DNA of 64,000 bases from an uncultured Phycisphaerales bacterium. GTDB lineage: Bacteria > Planctomycetota > Phycisphaerae > Tepidisphaerales > Tepidisphaeraceae. The notes under the pieces were generated by a model that had not been told where the DNA came from, ran no database searches, and saw only the letters and a program-made list of their open reading frames with translations. Position 1 is the stretch's first letter. Every line of letters begins with the position of its first letter. Shown piece after piece: positions 12,212 through 23,550 of this stretch. The position numbers were made by a program, and so were the translations under genes. Location of the stretch: the NCBI GenBank assembly GCA_963844715.1, contig CAWJPJ010000006.1, forward strand, positions 512,001 to 576,000, in the 5' to 3' direction.

Positions 12212-13382
12212 ATGCCCGATTCCGACCGCTTTATCCTCACCATCAACGGCGGCTCCTCGAGCATCAAGCTCGCCATCTTCACGACCACAACCCCGCCCCA
12301 GCACACGCTTAGCGGCCAAATAGAACGCATCGGCAAACCCGGCACCCGTTTGATCGCGGGCGACGAAACCCACCAGATCGACGCCGGCACGTACAAACAT
12401 GCCGCCCAGAATCTCGCCGACTATCTCAAGGGAAAAATCGGCAAATCCGCCATCGCCGGAATCGGCCACCGCGTCGTCCATGGCGGTATTCATCTTCTGG
12501 ATCACCAACTCGTCACACCCGATCTCATCGCGGAACTTAAGCGAACCCAGCCCCTCGATCTGGCTCATCTCCCGCGCGAAATCTCCCTCATCGAGACCTT
12601 CCGCGACGCGTTCCCCAATCTCCCGCAAGTCGCCTGTTTCGACACCGCGTTTCACCGCGATCTCCCCCGCCTCGCGGCACTGCTCCCCATCCCGCGGCAC
12701 TATTATGAATCCGGCATCCGCCGCTTCGGCTTCCACGGCCTTTCATTCACTTATCTCATGAGCCGCCTCGCGGAGATCGATCTCGCCGCCGCGAAGGGCC
12801 GCGTTATCCTCGCCCATCTCGGCTCCGGCGCCAGCATGGCCGCCGTCCGCGACGGCAAACCCATCGACACCACCATGGCCTTCACCCCCACCGCCGGCCT
12901 CGTCATGGGCACCCGCCCCGGCGATCTCGATCCCGGCCTGCTCGTTTACCTCATGCGCGTCGAAAAGCTTTCGCCCGATCAGATGGATGAATTTATTTCC
13001 AAACAATGCGGCCTGATCGGTGTCTCGGAAACCAGTTATGACATGCGCGATTTATTGAATCGCCGGGCCGCGGATGAAAGAGCCGCCGACGCGGTCGAAT
13101 TGTTTTGCTATCAGGCAAAGAAGTTCATCGCGGCCCTGGCCGCGGCGCTCGGCGGGATCGACACTCTGATATTCTCGGCCGGCATCGGCGAAAACGCCCC
13201 CGAAGTGCGCATCCCTGATTTGCCGCGGCTTGGAGTACATGAATCTGACGCTCGACGAAGAGCGAAACAAATCCGATTCACCCGTGATTTCCGCGCCGGA
13301 CAGCAAGGTCACCGTCCGCGTGATTCCAACGGACGAGGAGATCGTCATCGCGAAGGCTGTTCGATCGTTTCTGAAGATGTGA
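12212..13382 (+). CDS. ackA: Acetate kinase (frameshift near 13211)
   Basis: INGGSSSIK, GHRVVHGG, FDTAFH, FGFHGLS, HLGSGAS, GIGEN; corrected end reads VIPTDEEIVIA..*. Confidence 0.9.
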
Positions 13383-14326
13383 GATTCACGGTTTTGCGAA
13401 TGTCCGCTGGCGGCGGAACCGATGGCACCCCCATCGTCCTGCGCAGCAGAAAGTTGAACAATCTCTCGGGAATGAATCTTCGCGCCAGCGTCCCGACACT
13501 CGCTTCCCATCCCACCCGATATCGCGCTCGCGGCCGGTGCGCGGTCAGACTTCGCTCGACCACTTTCGCCACGCGCTCCGACGGGGCCGCGCCGGCGGCG
13601 CAGCTAAAGACGTATTGCGAAACGCTCCGGATCATTTGCTCATCGCGCTCGCATGCCTTGGGATCCTCCAAGATGGCCGCCACGCCCTCTTTTTCCTTTC
13701 GCCAGATTTCGGATTGAATCGTCCCCGGCACGATCGTGCTGACCCAAATCCCCTCGGCTTGCAGTTCCAGCCGCAATGCGTCGCCCATCGCCCGCAGCGC
13801 GAATTTGCTGGCGCTGTACGCCCCGAACAAAGGCGTGGCGATCTCCCCCGTAACCGATCCCATATTGACGATCCGCCCCGTGCCCCGGCCGCGAAGCGCA
13901 ACATGCCGCCCGCACCAGAGGCAGCATCGCCTGCGTGACGGCCAGCACGCCGAAGAAGTTCACCTCAAACTGACGCCGCCAATCGTGAAGTGAAACGCAC
14001 TCGACCGGCCCCACAACGCAAATCCCCGCATTATTCACCAGCCCATAAAGCCCAGCCTCGCCCACCATCTCCCGAACCGAAACCGCCGCCCGCGCGATGG
14101 AACCGGCGTCGGCAACATCAATCAAAACCGCGCGAATTCCGCCGGGAGTTCCGGCCCCCGCCGCTTCGACGGCCTCGGCATCCCCGTCGTCTCGCACCCC
14201 GGCGATCACGCCAAAACCCCTCGCCGCCAGATGCACCGCACACGCCCACCCGATCCCGGTGCTCGTTCCTGTGATTAAAACGTATTGCTTGTGAAGATCA
14301 GCCGAATTGGACAGCAAAGCAACCAA
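13345..14326 (-). CDS. SDR family oxidoreductase (frameshift near 13910)
   Basis: ITGTSTGIG, VNNAG, YSASKFAL. Confidence 0.87.
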
Positions 14327-14516
14327 GGCAACATCCGATCAAAAACCCAATCTCGCAGATTTCCGCGACCCGCGTAACCCCTAATCCGGCTCGGTAGAAA
14401 CAAATTCCGACAAAACTTTACACTTTGGTCGCTCTTTTGATTCTAGGCGGGTTGGATGACCTGCGCGGGTTTAATGTTTCTTAGACGTTGAATCGTGAAG
14501 CTCGCCAAGCCGACGC

Positions 14517-15429
14517 TTGCGTGCACCGTCCGGCGCTGCCGGAATATGCCTTGATCGCCAGACGACGATGGTCTTAGAATCCGGCTCGAACGCAGACCGA
14601 CTATTAGATGGCGCAGAATATCAACAAGCCCGTGGATGGAAGGGGTGCAATCTCCCCCCCGCCGTCAAACTCGAGGACGAAAGCGCCAATCGCCCCGGTT
14701 GGTTTCGCGCTCTTTTTCCCCCGTGGGTTATCTGGTCGATATTGATTTTTATGCTTGCCATCGGCGGTTGGGCCTACTGGCTGGGGAATGTCCTGGCCGA
14801 AGGCCGCGCCCCGGCCTTGCCTGACGATTTCTCTTTCGTTCCTCATCTGCCCCATTTGCCCATCGTCTTCCCTGCGTTTGCCCTACACGACCAGGATAAC
14901 CAGGTTCTCCGCGCCTCGGATCTGGTCGGACACACGTGGATCGCCGATTTCATCTACACCGAATGCAGCGGCACCTGCGTCACCCTCAATGGCTACATGA
15001 CCGATCTTCAAAAAGACCCTTCATTGGCCGGCGTGCACTTTGTTTCCTTTTCCGTCGGTCCCGACGATGGTCCCAACATCCTCAAGCAATATCTAAACTA
15101 CTATGCTCTGGCCGACAGCTCGCGCTGGCGCAGTTCTGGCCGCCGATGATCACTACTTTCCTCAAGCCGCCGTAACGCTCGGCCTGGCTCCCTCGATCGA
15201 CGAAATCCACCAGGGCCTCCTACCGTACAGCACCGATTTTTTTCTTGTTGACGCCGGCGGCGAATTGCGCGGAATCTATCACGTTCTCGACCCTGCCGAG
15301 TTGCAACGCATGCGGGTCGATCTGCGAAACATGAATGATACAACGCGCCCGTCGATGGAGGCGTCCATCGCATTCGATCCGATTCCTCGGCTGATCAATC
15401 CGACTCCGCGTCGGCCGGGATCGCCATGA
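14517..15429 (+). CDS. SCO family copper chaperone (frameshift near 15132; start uncertain)
   Basis: TM segment, then DQDNQ..WIADFIYTECSGTC (CxxxC), FVSFSV, FFLVDAGGELRGIY. Confidence 0.75.
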
Positions 15430-16598
15430 CGACGGTCAAGCGCCGAATCCTTTCCGCGACCGTCGGGATCTCCATCGCTGTGCTCCTTGCCCTGGCCGCC
15501 CTGCTTACGCTGCGAATCGTTTCTCGCTCCGAGGCCTCCAGACTTCCCATCGATGCCGGCCCGACTCCCGCCGTCGTGGGCGATCTGCCGGTCCTTTTCG
15601 ACGTTCCCCATTTCGGCTATCCCGATCAGGATGGAAAGCTCGTCACCGAGCACGACCTCAAAGGCGCCGTCTGGATCTGCGATTTCATCTACACACGATG
15701 CACGACCGCCTGCCCGGTCCTCACTGCCCGCATGACTCTCCTCCAGCATTCGATCCGCAATCCCGCAATCAAATTTGTCTCCTTCACGGTTGATCCGTCC
15801 TATGACAACCCCGCTGTGCTCAAGGCCTATGCGCGGGAATGGCACGGTGACGAAACGCGCTGGCGGCTCCTGGCGACCGGCACCGACGACGCCGTCCACG
15901 CCACCGCCTCGGCCATGCATTTGGCCGTCCAGCACGTCAACGATCCCAACAATCCGATCCTTCACAGCAATCGCTTCGTCCTGTTCGACTCATCCGGACT
16001 GGCCCGCGGCATCTACGACAGCACTGACTCCGACGCCATGACACAGCTCGTTAAAGACGCCAACACCCTCGCCGGCAGCGACCATACCGAACTTCTCGCC
16101 TCGGCTTCCGGTTCCGATGCCGCCGACGCCATTTCGTCCGGCGCCAGCGGCGGCCACCAACTCTTCATGATCATGGGATGCGCCGCCTGCCACACGCGCC
16201 CCGCCGTCGCCCCCCCACTCGAAGGCGTCGCCGGCTCCCAGGTCCACCTCAGCGACGGCCGCACCGTCCTCGCTGGCGACGCCTATCTCCGTGAATCCAT
16301 AGTCGATCCCAACGCGAAGATCGTTGCCGGTTATTCCCCGGTCATGCCCAGCTACCGCGACCATCTCAGCGATGCCCAGATCGACGGCATCATCGCCTAC
16401 ATCAAAAGCATCGCCGCCGATCATTCCTCTTCCGGCAACTCCCCGCGCTTCGTAGCCACCGACCCCGTCTGCGGCATGCAGGTCTCCGCCGGCTCCGACA
16501 CTCCCTGCATCACCTACGGCATAAAAACCTATTACTTCTGCAGCGAAACCTGCCGCCAGAAATTTCAAGCGGATCCGGCGAAGTATGCCAAGCCGTGA
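15426..16598 (+). CDS. SCO domain - cytochrome c - YHS domain fusion protein
   Basis: FIYTRCTTACP and ILHSNRF (SCO); CAACH and YLRESIVDP..MP (cytochrome c); DPVCGM..YYFCSETC (YHS). Confidence 0.85.
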   Translation: MTTVKRRILSATVGISIAVLLALAALLTLRIVSRSEASRLPIDAGPTPAVVGDLPVLFDVPHFGYPDQDGKLVTEHDLKGAVWICDFIYTRCTTACPVLTARMTLLQHSIRNPAIKFVSFTVDPSYDNPAVLKAYAREWHGDETRWRLLATGTDDAVHATASAMHLAVQHVNDPNNPILHSNRFVLFDSSGLARGIYDSTDSDAMTQLVKDANTLAGSDHTELLASASGSDAADAISSGASGGHQLFMIMGCAACHTRPAVAPPLEGVAGSQVHLSDGRTVLAGDAYLRESIVDPNAKIVAGYSPVMPSYRDHLSDAQIDGIIAYIKSIAADHSSSGNSPRFVATDPVCGMQVSAGSDTPCITYGIKTYYFCSETCRQKFQADPAKYAKP

Positions 16599-16888
16599 GA
16601 TGAATTTTGAACGAATGAACTAAATGTCACGGGACCGTTTGCCGCGTTGTCAAAGCGAGCCGCAACCGCAATCTAACTTCGCGAAATAGGAAGTATTGAC
16701 GAAATTCTGCCGGAAGAAACATCGCTTCAGTCTCTAATGCCCGCCTTGCGGCGAGCTTTTCTGACCATGTCATTGCGTCCGGTCAAGAATTGCGATTCGC
16801 CATCCCTGACGTGAGAACCCACAAATGGGCTTGGAACTGAACGATGTGACGCTCTGCGTGGCCCGTCCAAAGAACGGAATGCATCGGA

Positions 16889-17772
16889 CTATGCCAACCG
16901 GCGCGGGATCGATCGAATCCGCATCGCAGTCTGGACCTGATGCGCCAGAGGAAAGATCGTTTCGTCGATCACTTCATCGAACAGCTCGTTGCGCTTCATC
17001 AGCGTGTCGTAATCGTACGGCTTCGAAATATCCGACCGGCCACGACGCAGTTTTCTGTCCAGTTCTTCCCAAGACCGAGAGTAGTAGTGATTAATTCGCA
17101 GCAAGTCGACCGCCGTCATATCGTCGGAGAAGGCCCCTTTGACAATATTCCGATTCGCATTGACGCCGTGGCGACCCTCCTTGTACGCGAAGTAGTGTGT
17201 ACAGGGAACGATATCCACGAAGGCCTCGCAATTGACAATCGACTTTACGTGCGCGCATACCGGGTGGTAGTTGGCCGGGTCGCTCGGGTCCAATTGGGGA
17301 TTCTTAAGAAGTCCGCGCTCGAAAGTGCATAGGTTCGTCGGGCAGCGCCGATTGAAGTTCAGCAGGGACAGTCCCGGTGCTTTTGTTCGATGCCCGTTGG
17401 CGCCGAACATCAACCAGTTGGCCACAACAGCCACCTCGTTCTCATACCCGCTCAGGAACTTCCGCAGGTCCGGCTCCCGCGGTGAAAACAGAAATTCGTC
17501 CAGATCCACGATCATCATCCACCGCGACTCAGAGCCGTGCGTCTGGAGGCAATGGCGATAGGCGTAAAGTTGCATGTAAGGCTCTGGGGCCACATAGAGC
17601 TTGACCCGTCCAGCGGACAGCCAGGGTTGCAGAACCTCCACGCAGCGGTCGGTCTGCCGTTGTCGAACAGGACGAAGCGTTCGACGCCGACCAGGTCGTA
17701 GAAACGCAGCCACTCGTCCAGATAGTCGGCTTCGTCCCTGAAAATGGCGCATAGGGTCAGGTAGTGCTTCAT
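16889..17772 (-). CDS. Glycosyltransferase family 92/GT-A-like protein (frameshift near 17655)
   Basis: LCAIFRDEADYLDEWL, FDNG(S)TD, VDLDEFLF, INHYYSRS. Confidence 0.78.
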
Positions 17773-17896
17773 CTTGATACGACCATTCTATTCCCGATTC
17801 CGCCAAATTCTCTCGTCTGAACTCCAGAACAATGGAGTCCAGGTCGATTGAAACGCCGCAATTCCAGGTTCAATGGCCGGGAGCGAAATCAGAATA

Positions 17897-19768
17897 TCAT
17901 GGGTCATAATAAAGATAGATGCAGCCCCCCAGCACCTCTGCCGGCGCGGCGCCGCGCAGCGACTGGAACTCTTCCTGTCCGGTGCCGTTCATATGCGGTC
18001 CGAATTGCAATCCTACCACGCTGACCGCCCAGCAAATCTTCTGCCCCGTGGGCCCCGCCTCATCTATCGGCGCCATGCTGCCCGCAAAGCTTCCATAATG
18101 GATGCCGTAATATTCCGGGTCACCCGAACCAAAATAGTACAGAACTAACTGGTATTCCGGATTGCCCGCTTGCCATTTCGCCAGCGCCGGGAGATCCTGC
18201 CCCCAATCGATATTCGAGTCGCTCAGCAGCCCAGCCCCCCCGCGAGATCCCCCTACGGCCACGTTGAAAAACGGGATGTAATTCGGAAAGGCCGCATAAA
18301 CCTCGACGCCCAACCCCACGAACAAGATCGCTAGGACAGCTATTATGGGCTTACCGAATCTCCTGAACGCACGCGCGACCGAAATACCCAACAAAATATA
18401 GAGAAACGCGAAAACGGGGAACATGTGCCGGATCCCAATGTCCACTGCGCTATGCATCAGCGACGCCATGTAAATGATAGGCGGAACCGTCAACGCGCAT
18501 AGTGACCATAAATTGCGAGGGCGAGGCAAAAAACAGTTAGCAATTGCCGCCAGTGCAAGGGCCAGCAGGGTCGCCACGGGAGTTTTGAAGCAGATGGCCA
18601 GAGGGAAGTAATACCACCACCCGCGCAGCGACAACTGGCCCATCAGAAATGAGTAGCGAACCTGCGTAAACGACGCCGCCAGGATGAATCCGGTCAGGAA
18701 GGATTGAGGAAGCAAATGATGCGAATCGATCCAGCGAATGGATTGGACCAGGTGATCCGGCTTCCACAGGCCCACCTCATGCCTGAACTCGTCCGCGGGA
18801 GTGTAGAGAGTGACATTGTACGTACAGACCGTGTCGGACTTGGCGTAAGTCTGTACTGCACGGTCCAAATCCGAGACGACGCCGCGGGTCGGCTCATATT
18901 GGAAATCAAACGACGCCCATATGACCGGCCAAGCTAGAAGAATTGCATAAAGCCCGATGGCGACGCCGGCGAGAAAACGAGCGCGGAACAGGCTCGCGTG
19001 AAATCGCAACACCTGCCAAGGCGCCGGATCGAGCGCACGCAAAAATAGTAAAACCGCAATCACGGGAATACACAAAATCCCGGAGTACTTAGTGCACATC
19101 GCCGCGCCCAGGATCACCCCCGCGAGTGTGCAATTCGCCGGCGTTGCCCTACGCCCAATTCGCCAAAGCACAATAGACAATGTCAGAAATAGCATCGCGA
19201 TGGCTAGGTCGTTCTTGACCAACGGGCCATGAGCAAGGAAGTTGGGATCCAGACTGAAAGCCGCCGTGGCGACGCAAGCCGCCAGCGGACCCGCCAACCG
19301 CCACGTCCACCACCCGATCAGTCCGCCCAAAACGAGTGCCACAAGAAGCATCCGGACCCGCCCAGTCCTGATCAATGCTGCGGCGTCGTTCCCCGGAGTG
19401 CGGTAAATCACGTCCGTCACATACTGAAGGATGCTTGGCGATCGCGGCATCGGCCTTGAATCTCCGCCCGGCGGAGGCCCCAGCTTCAAATTCATCGCAG
19501 GATTCCACAGGGCGAGATAGTACTTCCACAACGGAAGATTCTCCGGGTCGATTCGGAAATTCGACTCGCGGACTTGAACCGCCGCGGCAACGAAATGGAC
19601 CGGTTCGTCGAACGTGATCCCCTTGTTTTCCCATGCCATCCAGCTCGTGATGGCATAAGTCGCCAGAAGCAGCGCACAAGCGAGCACCGCAAACATGTTT
19701 CGCTTCATTCGCCCCAAGTCTAATTCCGCATTGCAGACGCGGCAACAGGCACTGAACACACCGGTCAC
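17897..19768 (-). CDS. GT-C (ArnT/PMT, GT39-like) membrane glycosyltransferase; start uncertain
   Basis: TFDEPVH, PNFLAHGPLVKND, KYSG, LSDSNIDWGQDL, multiple TM helices. Confidence 0.8.
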   Translation of the reverse strand: MTGVFSACCRVCNAELDLGRMKRNMFAVLACALLLATYAITSWMAWENKGITFDEPVHFVAAAVQVRESNFRIDPENLPLWKYYLALWNPAMNLKLGPPPGGDSRPMPRSPSILQYVTDVIYRTPGNDAAALIRTGRVRMLLVALVLGGLIGWWTWRLAGPLAACVATAAFSLDPNFLAHGPLVKNDLAIAMLFLTLSIVLWRIGRRATPANCTLAGVILGAAMCTKYSGILCIPVIAVLLFLRALDPAPWQVLRFHASLFRARFLAGVAIGLYAILLAWPVIWASFDFQYEPTRGVVSDLDRAVQTYAKSDTVCTYNVTLYTPADEFRHEVGLWKPDHLVQSIRWIDSHHLLPQSFLTGFILAASFTQVRYSFLMGQLSLRGWWYYFPLAICFKTPVATLLALALAAIANCFLPRPRNLWSLCALTVPPIIYMASLMHSAVDIGIRHMFPVFAFLYILLGISVARAFRRFGKPIIAVLAILFVGLGVEVYAAFPNYIPFFNVAVGGSRGGAGLLSDSNIDWGQDLPALAKWQAGNPEYQLVLYYFGSGDPEYYGIHYGSFAGSMAPIDEAGPTGQKICWAVSVVGLQFGPHMNGTGQEEFQSLRGAAPAEVLGGCIYLYYDP

Positions 19769-19931
19769 TTATCGCGCCGGATGCGAGCGAATTCATCTTA
19801 TCCTGGTTAACATTTCCCCATAATGCATCGATTCAGCAGTTGGCCATACGGGACCATTATTTCAATTCAGCCCAAAATAATCCCTCAGCAGCGCAATGAA
19901 CTAGCCTAAACTCCGCTCGCGCGGCGGCGGC

Positions 19932-19958
19932 CAACTGGGGAACTAGGATTCGAACCTA
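19932..19958 (-). repeat. att site: duplicated 3' end of tRNA-Gln
   Basis: Identical to 28872-28898 (T-arm plus acceptor 3' strand). Confidence 0.92.
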
Positions 19959-20074
19959 CGTTCGTGGCATTGGGCACGCATTGCGATTGCGTTGTAAATA
20001 TCCAATTCGCCGACAATTGCGCAAAATTGTATTGCGGTTGTCCTAGATAAGCATTGGGCTTGTATTGCCAGTAT

Positions 20075-20094
20075 TGCTCCCAATTTGCTCCCAA
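20075..20094 (+). repeat. Putative integrase arm-type sites (TGCTCCCAA x2)
   Basis: The same 9-mer pair with 11-bp spacing recurs at 28772-28791 near the other att. Confidence 0.65.
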
Positions 20095-20283
20095 ATTTCA
20101 TCTTTGGTGCCCAAGGCGAATTGCCCGCGCTCCGAGATAAATCCTATCGGCTTGTGAAAACCAACACTTGTTGTTCGCGAGTATACTGTCGCGGGGCGCG
20201 CCAAAACCGGCCAGTGTTGTGACGCTTCGTATACATCATCCGTTCAGTTCCATGCAACTTTCTGTTGAGTTATCAGCCGCGCA

Positions 20284-21165
20284 TCAGGACGCCTGATCGG
20301 CGGGCGCCCCAGCACAAGAAGAGACCGTGCTTTCTGCCACGGTGTCTTCCGGAGGGGAGCACCCTCCATCGTCGGCGGTACTCCGCCGTCCTTTTGAATT
20401 TGCCTTTGTGGAAGGCTTCGCCTCCACGGCCTCCCCGGCGCCGCCATGGCGCAAACGATAACTTTTGCCGGTGATGTTGAGGAGGGTGGCGTGCTGAAGG
20501 AAGCGGTCGAGGATCGCCGTGGCCGCCGGGACGTCGCCGATCAGCTTGGCCCAGTCTTCCAGCGGCCGGTTGCTGGTCATCATCGTCGAGCGGTTCTCAT
20601 GGCGGCGCATGATGATCTCCAGCAGGCATTCGCCGGAGCGACGCGGAAGTTGTCGCATTCCCATGTCGTCGATGATGAGCAGGTCGGGTTTGAGATAACG
20701 ATTCAGCGTTTTGTCCTGCTGGCCGAGTTCGTCGTCGCCGAGGAAGTCGCGGGCCAGATCGAAGATGGAGCGGTACAGAACCAGGTGTCCGGCTTTGATC
20801 GCCTGATGCCCGATGGCCTGGACCAGGAACGTTTTGCCGACGCCGGGTGGGCCCAATAGAAGCACGTCGGCTTTTTCGCGGATGAACTGACAGCCGGCCA
20901 GGTCGTGGATCTGCTTGCGTTTGATGGAGGGATTGAAGGAGAAGTCGAACTCGTCGAGGTTTTTGACTTCGCCGAACAGGGCGGCCTTGACGCGGCGGCT
21001 CACCAATCGGCTGGACCGCACGTTCAGTTCGTCCTGGAGAATCAGTTCCAAAAACTCGGCGTGATCGAGCCGATTGCCAGCCGCCTCGCTCAATCGGACT
21101 TCAAGGCTCTGGGCCAGGCCCGAAAGCCGAAGCTGTTTGAGCGTCTGTAACAATGAAGGTCTCAT
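20284..21165 (-). CDS. istB: IS21 helper ATPase IstB
   Basis: LKQLRLSG, FDFSFNP, GPPGVGKT, LLIIDDMG, TSNRP, ILDRFL. Confidence 0.93.
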   Translation of the reverse strand: MRPSLLQTLKQLRLSGLAQSLEVRLSEAAGNRLDHAEFLELILQDELNVRSSRLVSRRVKAALFGEVKNLDEFDFSFNPSIKRKQIHDLAGCQFIREKADVLLLGPPGVGKTFLVQAIGHQAIKAGHLVLYRSIFDLARDFLGDDELGQQDKTLNRYLKPDLLIIDDMGMRQLPRRSGECLLEIIMRRHENRSTMMTSNRPLEDWAKLIGDVPAATAILDRFLQHATLLNITGKSYRLRHGGAGEAVEAKPSTKANSKGRRSTADDGGCSPPEDTVAESTVSSCAGAPADQAS

Positions 21166-22695
21166 GGAATGGACTCCTGTGAAGGTGGTTGTTGGGTAAT
21201 GGCCTGTCGCACGAATCGGCCGTAGTCGCCCAGGTCGCGGATGATCGGATGTTCTTGGACGAACTCGAAGTTCCGCTGAAGGGCGGGCGGATTCTGTTGT
21301 TCGAGGAGTTGGCGCAATGAACGGAGGTGATACGCCCCATGCCCCTGGGCGACTTGGCAGGCCTGCTCGATGACGCGGCGGGAATGCTTGTTCGTCAGGG
21401 ACATAAGGCCCAGGAGCACGCGCACGCCCTCGATGCCGCGATTCTGGAGCATGGACCGCGCCCACTGCGTGGCGTGCGGTCCGATGGATTCGACCCGGCG
21501 CAGGAGCCAGGCCGTTCCTTTTTCGATCCCGCTGATCTTCTCCGGCAGGATATGGGCATCCAGCGTGGAGAAGGTCCCCGGCGGACGCTGCACGTGCACC
21601 GCGACGGGGCGCATCTTCTGATCCAGCAAGCGGATCAGGCGCCCATCCCAGCGCGCCCAAAGCTGCCGGCCCAAAAACTCCGGTGGGACCGAGTAATACG
21701 CGCCTTTGACCTGCACGTGTCCGTCCCGGCTGACGCTGCGCAACGCTTCGGCAAACAGATCGAATCTCGCCGCCGGCAACGGCAAGAGCGCCGGCTGCTC
21801 CGCCTGCTGGAACACTTCCTTCACCTGCCGGCGCGTCGTTCCATGGATGCGCGTATCGGCGACGGTCGCTTCCCAGGCCTGAAGATGCTGGTTCTGATCG
21901 GCCAGAGAACTGAAGGTCCGTCCCTTGAGGGCGTTGCCCTTCACATAGCCGATGCCCCGTTCGATCTTCCCCTTGTGCCGGGGCGTGTAGGGCTTGGTCG
22001 GCAGAATGGCGATTCCGTAATGCTCGGCAAACGAGCGGACCTTGGGACACAACTCCGGGTCGAACCAGTCCGCCCGCTTCACCGCCGCCCGAAGATTGTC
22101 GATCACCAGCGTCCGCGGCAATCCGCCGAAGTGCGCGAACGCATTCTCCAGGCAACGCAGAAAGTCATCGGTGGTCTGACGGTGCACCGCCTCGGCGTAC
22201 CCCTTGCGGCTGTGGCTCAGCACGATGCGGAAGACCCAGGTGCTTCTCCTCTTGCCGTCGGAACCGACGATGGGCGCGCGCCCGTCCAAAATCGACCTGG
22301 GCCTCGGCGACCGGCTCGCACTCCATCCGCCGGAATGGCGTTGGCGCCGCCGAGGTCAACTTCCCAACCAGCCGGCGAACACTGTAATAGCTGCCGGCAT
22401 AACCGTGATCGGAGCAGAGGTCCTGGTAAATCCGCTGGGCGGTCAGCCCCATGCCCAGCTTCTGAACGATCACTTCACGCCAGGCGCTGGCGGCGCTGAC
22501 CAACCCGGTGGGCGCGCCCTCCGAGCCGAGGGGCGCACTGGCCGGTTTTGAATCTTCCCGCGCCGCCAGCCGGAGATGGCGTCCAACCGTCTCGCGGTGA
22601 ACGCCAAGCTGGCGGGCGATGTGCCGGTTGGACCAACCATTGCGTGCAAGTGAAAGAATTGCTTGAACTTCCGCCATTTTGAGCTGATTCGCCAT
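21162..22695 (-). CDS. istA: IS21 transposase IstA (frameshift near 22280)
   Basis: N-terminal HTH, EAQVDFG, VIDNLRAAV, KGKIERGI, RIHGTT. Confidence 0.9.
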
Positions 22696-22814
22696 CGTGC
22701 CGTCGTCTCCCGGTTAGAACCGGGAACCAACGGTAATGATCGAATCTCCTGTGCTTCAAAATGGCCGGTTTTGGCGCGCACCCCTCAGTGGCCGGTTTTG
22801 CGCCACCGCTGACA

Positions 22815-22855
22815 GTCAGGACCTGCTGCGATTGACCAGTTGTTATGTGCTGTAG
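22815..22855 (+). pseudogene. C-terminal remnant of a probable DUF6883-like toxin truncated by IS21
   Basis: Reads QDLLRLTSCYVL* from the IS end, directly upstream of DUF4926. Confidence 0.5.
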
Positions 22856-22896
22856 CGGCGGACAACGCCTCAACGATTACAGACGGGAGAAGTGAT

Positions 22897-23112
22897 ATGA
22901 ACACCATTCAACTGCTCGATGTCGTCGCCCTCACCGCCGATCTGCCGGACAAGGGGCTACTTCGCGGCCAGGTCGGAACCATCGTGGAGACGCTCGCACC
23001 CGGCGTCTTTGAAGTCGAGTTCTCCGATGACCAGGGGCGTGCCTATGCACAATTGGCCATCAAGGAACACCAGCTTTTGGTCCTCCACTACCAGCCGCAG
23101 CAGGCCGCTTGA
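22897..23112 (+). CDS. DUF4926 domain protein (putative antitoxin/immunity protein)
   Basis: LLDVVALTADLP..GLLRGQVGTIVE..FEVEFSDDQGRAYA. Confidence 0.85.
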   Translation: MNTIQLLDVVALTADLPDKGLLRGQVGTIVETLAPGVFEVEFSDDQGRAYAQLAIKEHQLLVLHYQPQQAA

Positions 23113-23145
23113 TGAACATCGGCGCACGGCGAACATGCGGGGACA

Positions 23146-23487
23146 ATGGACGGATACAGGCGGATGGCCGAGCTGCGCAAGGCCCGCAACATCACCCAGG
23201 TCCAACTCGCGCAGACGTTGGGCACGACGCAACGCGCCATCACCTACTACGAGAACGAAGCCGACTATCCCCCGGTGGACGCGATCATCAGACTGGCCGA
23301 CGCCCTGGGCGTCAGCGCCGATGAACTGCTTGGCATGAAGAACGGCAAGACGACTAAAGGAAGAAGCGAGCAGGACGATCCCAACGTGCGCCGGCTCTGG
23401 AAGAAGTTCCGCCAGGTCACGCGCCTGCCTCACAAGGATCAGCGCACCGTCATTCGTCTCATCAACTCACTGGCCAAAGCATCCTGA
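23146..23487 (+). CDS. XRE-family HTH transcriptional regulator
   Basis: LRKARNITQVQLAQTLGTTQRAITYYENE..LADALGVSADELLG. Confidence 0.88.
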   Translation: MDGYRRMAELRKARNITQVQLAQTLGTTQRAITYYENEADYPPVDAIIRLADALGVSADELLGMKNGKTTKGRSEQDDPNVRRLWKKFRQVTRLPHKDQRTVIRLINSLAKAS

Positions 23488-23550
23488 ACAACCGCGGCTA
23501 AAAAAGAAGTGGGTTGAACGCTCAACACGCGCACGCCGGCGGGCGCGGTG

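Larger units (their letters stand above)
20187..22814 (-). mobile_element. IS21-family insertion sequence
   Basis: Ends tgtcgcggggcgcgccaaaaccggcca and (revcomp) tgtcagcggtggcgcaaaaccggcca; contains istA and istB; no target-site duplication seen. Confidence 0.9.

Noticed and set aside
19932..19958. Second tRNA-Gln gene
   Set aside because: Only the 3' 27 bp are present; it is an att site
20284..22155. 623-aa IstB with long N-terminal extension
   Set aside because: The extension is an alternative frame overlapping istA; IstB homology starts at 21165
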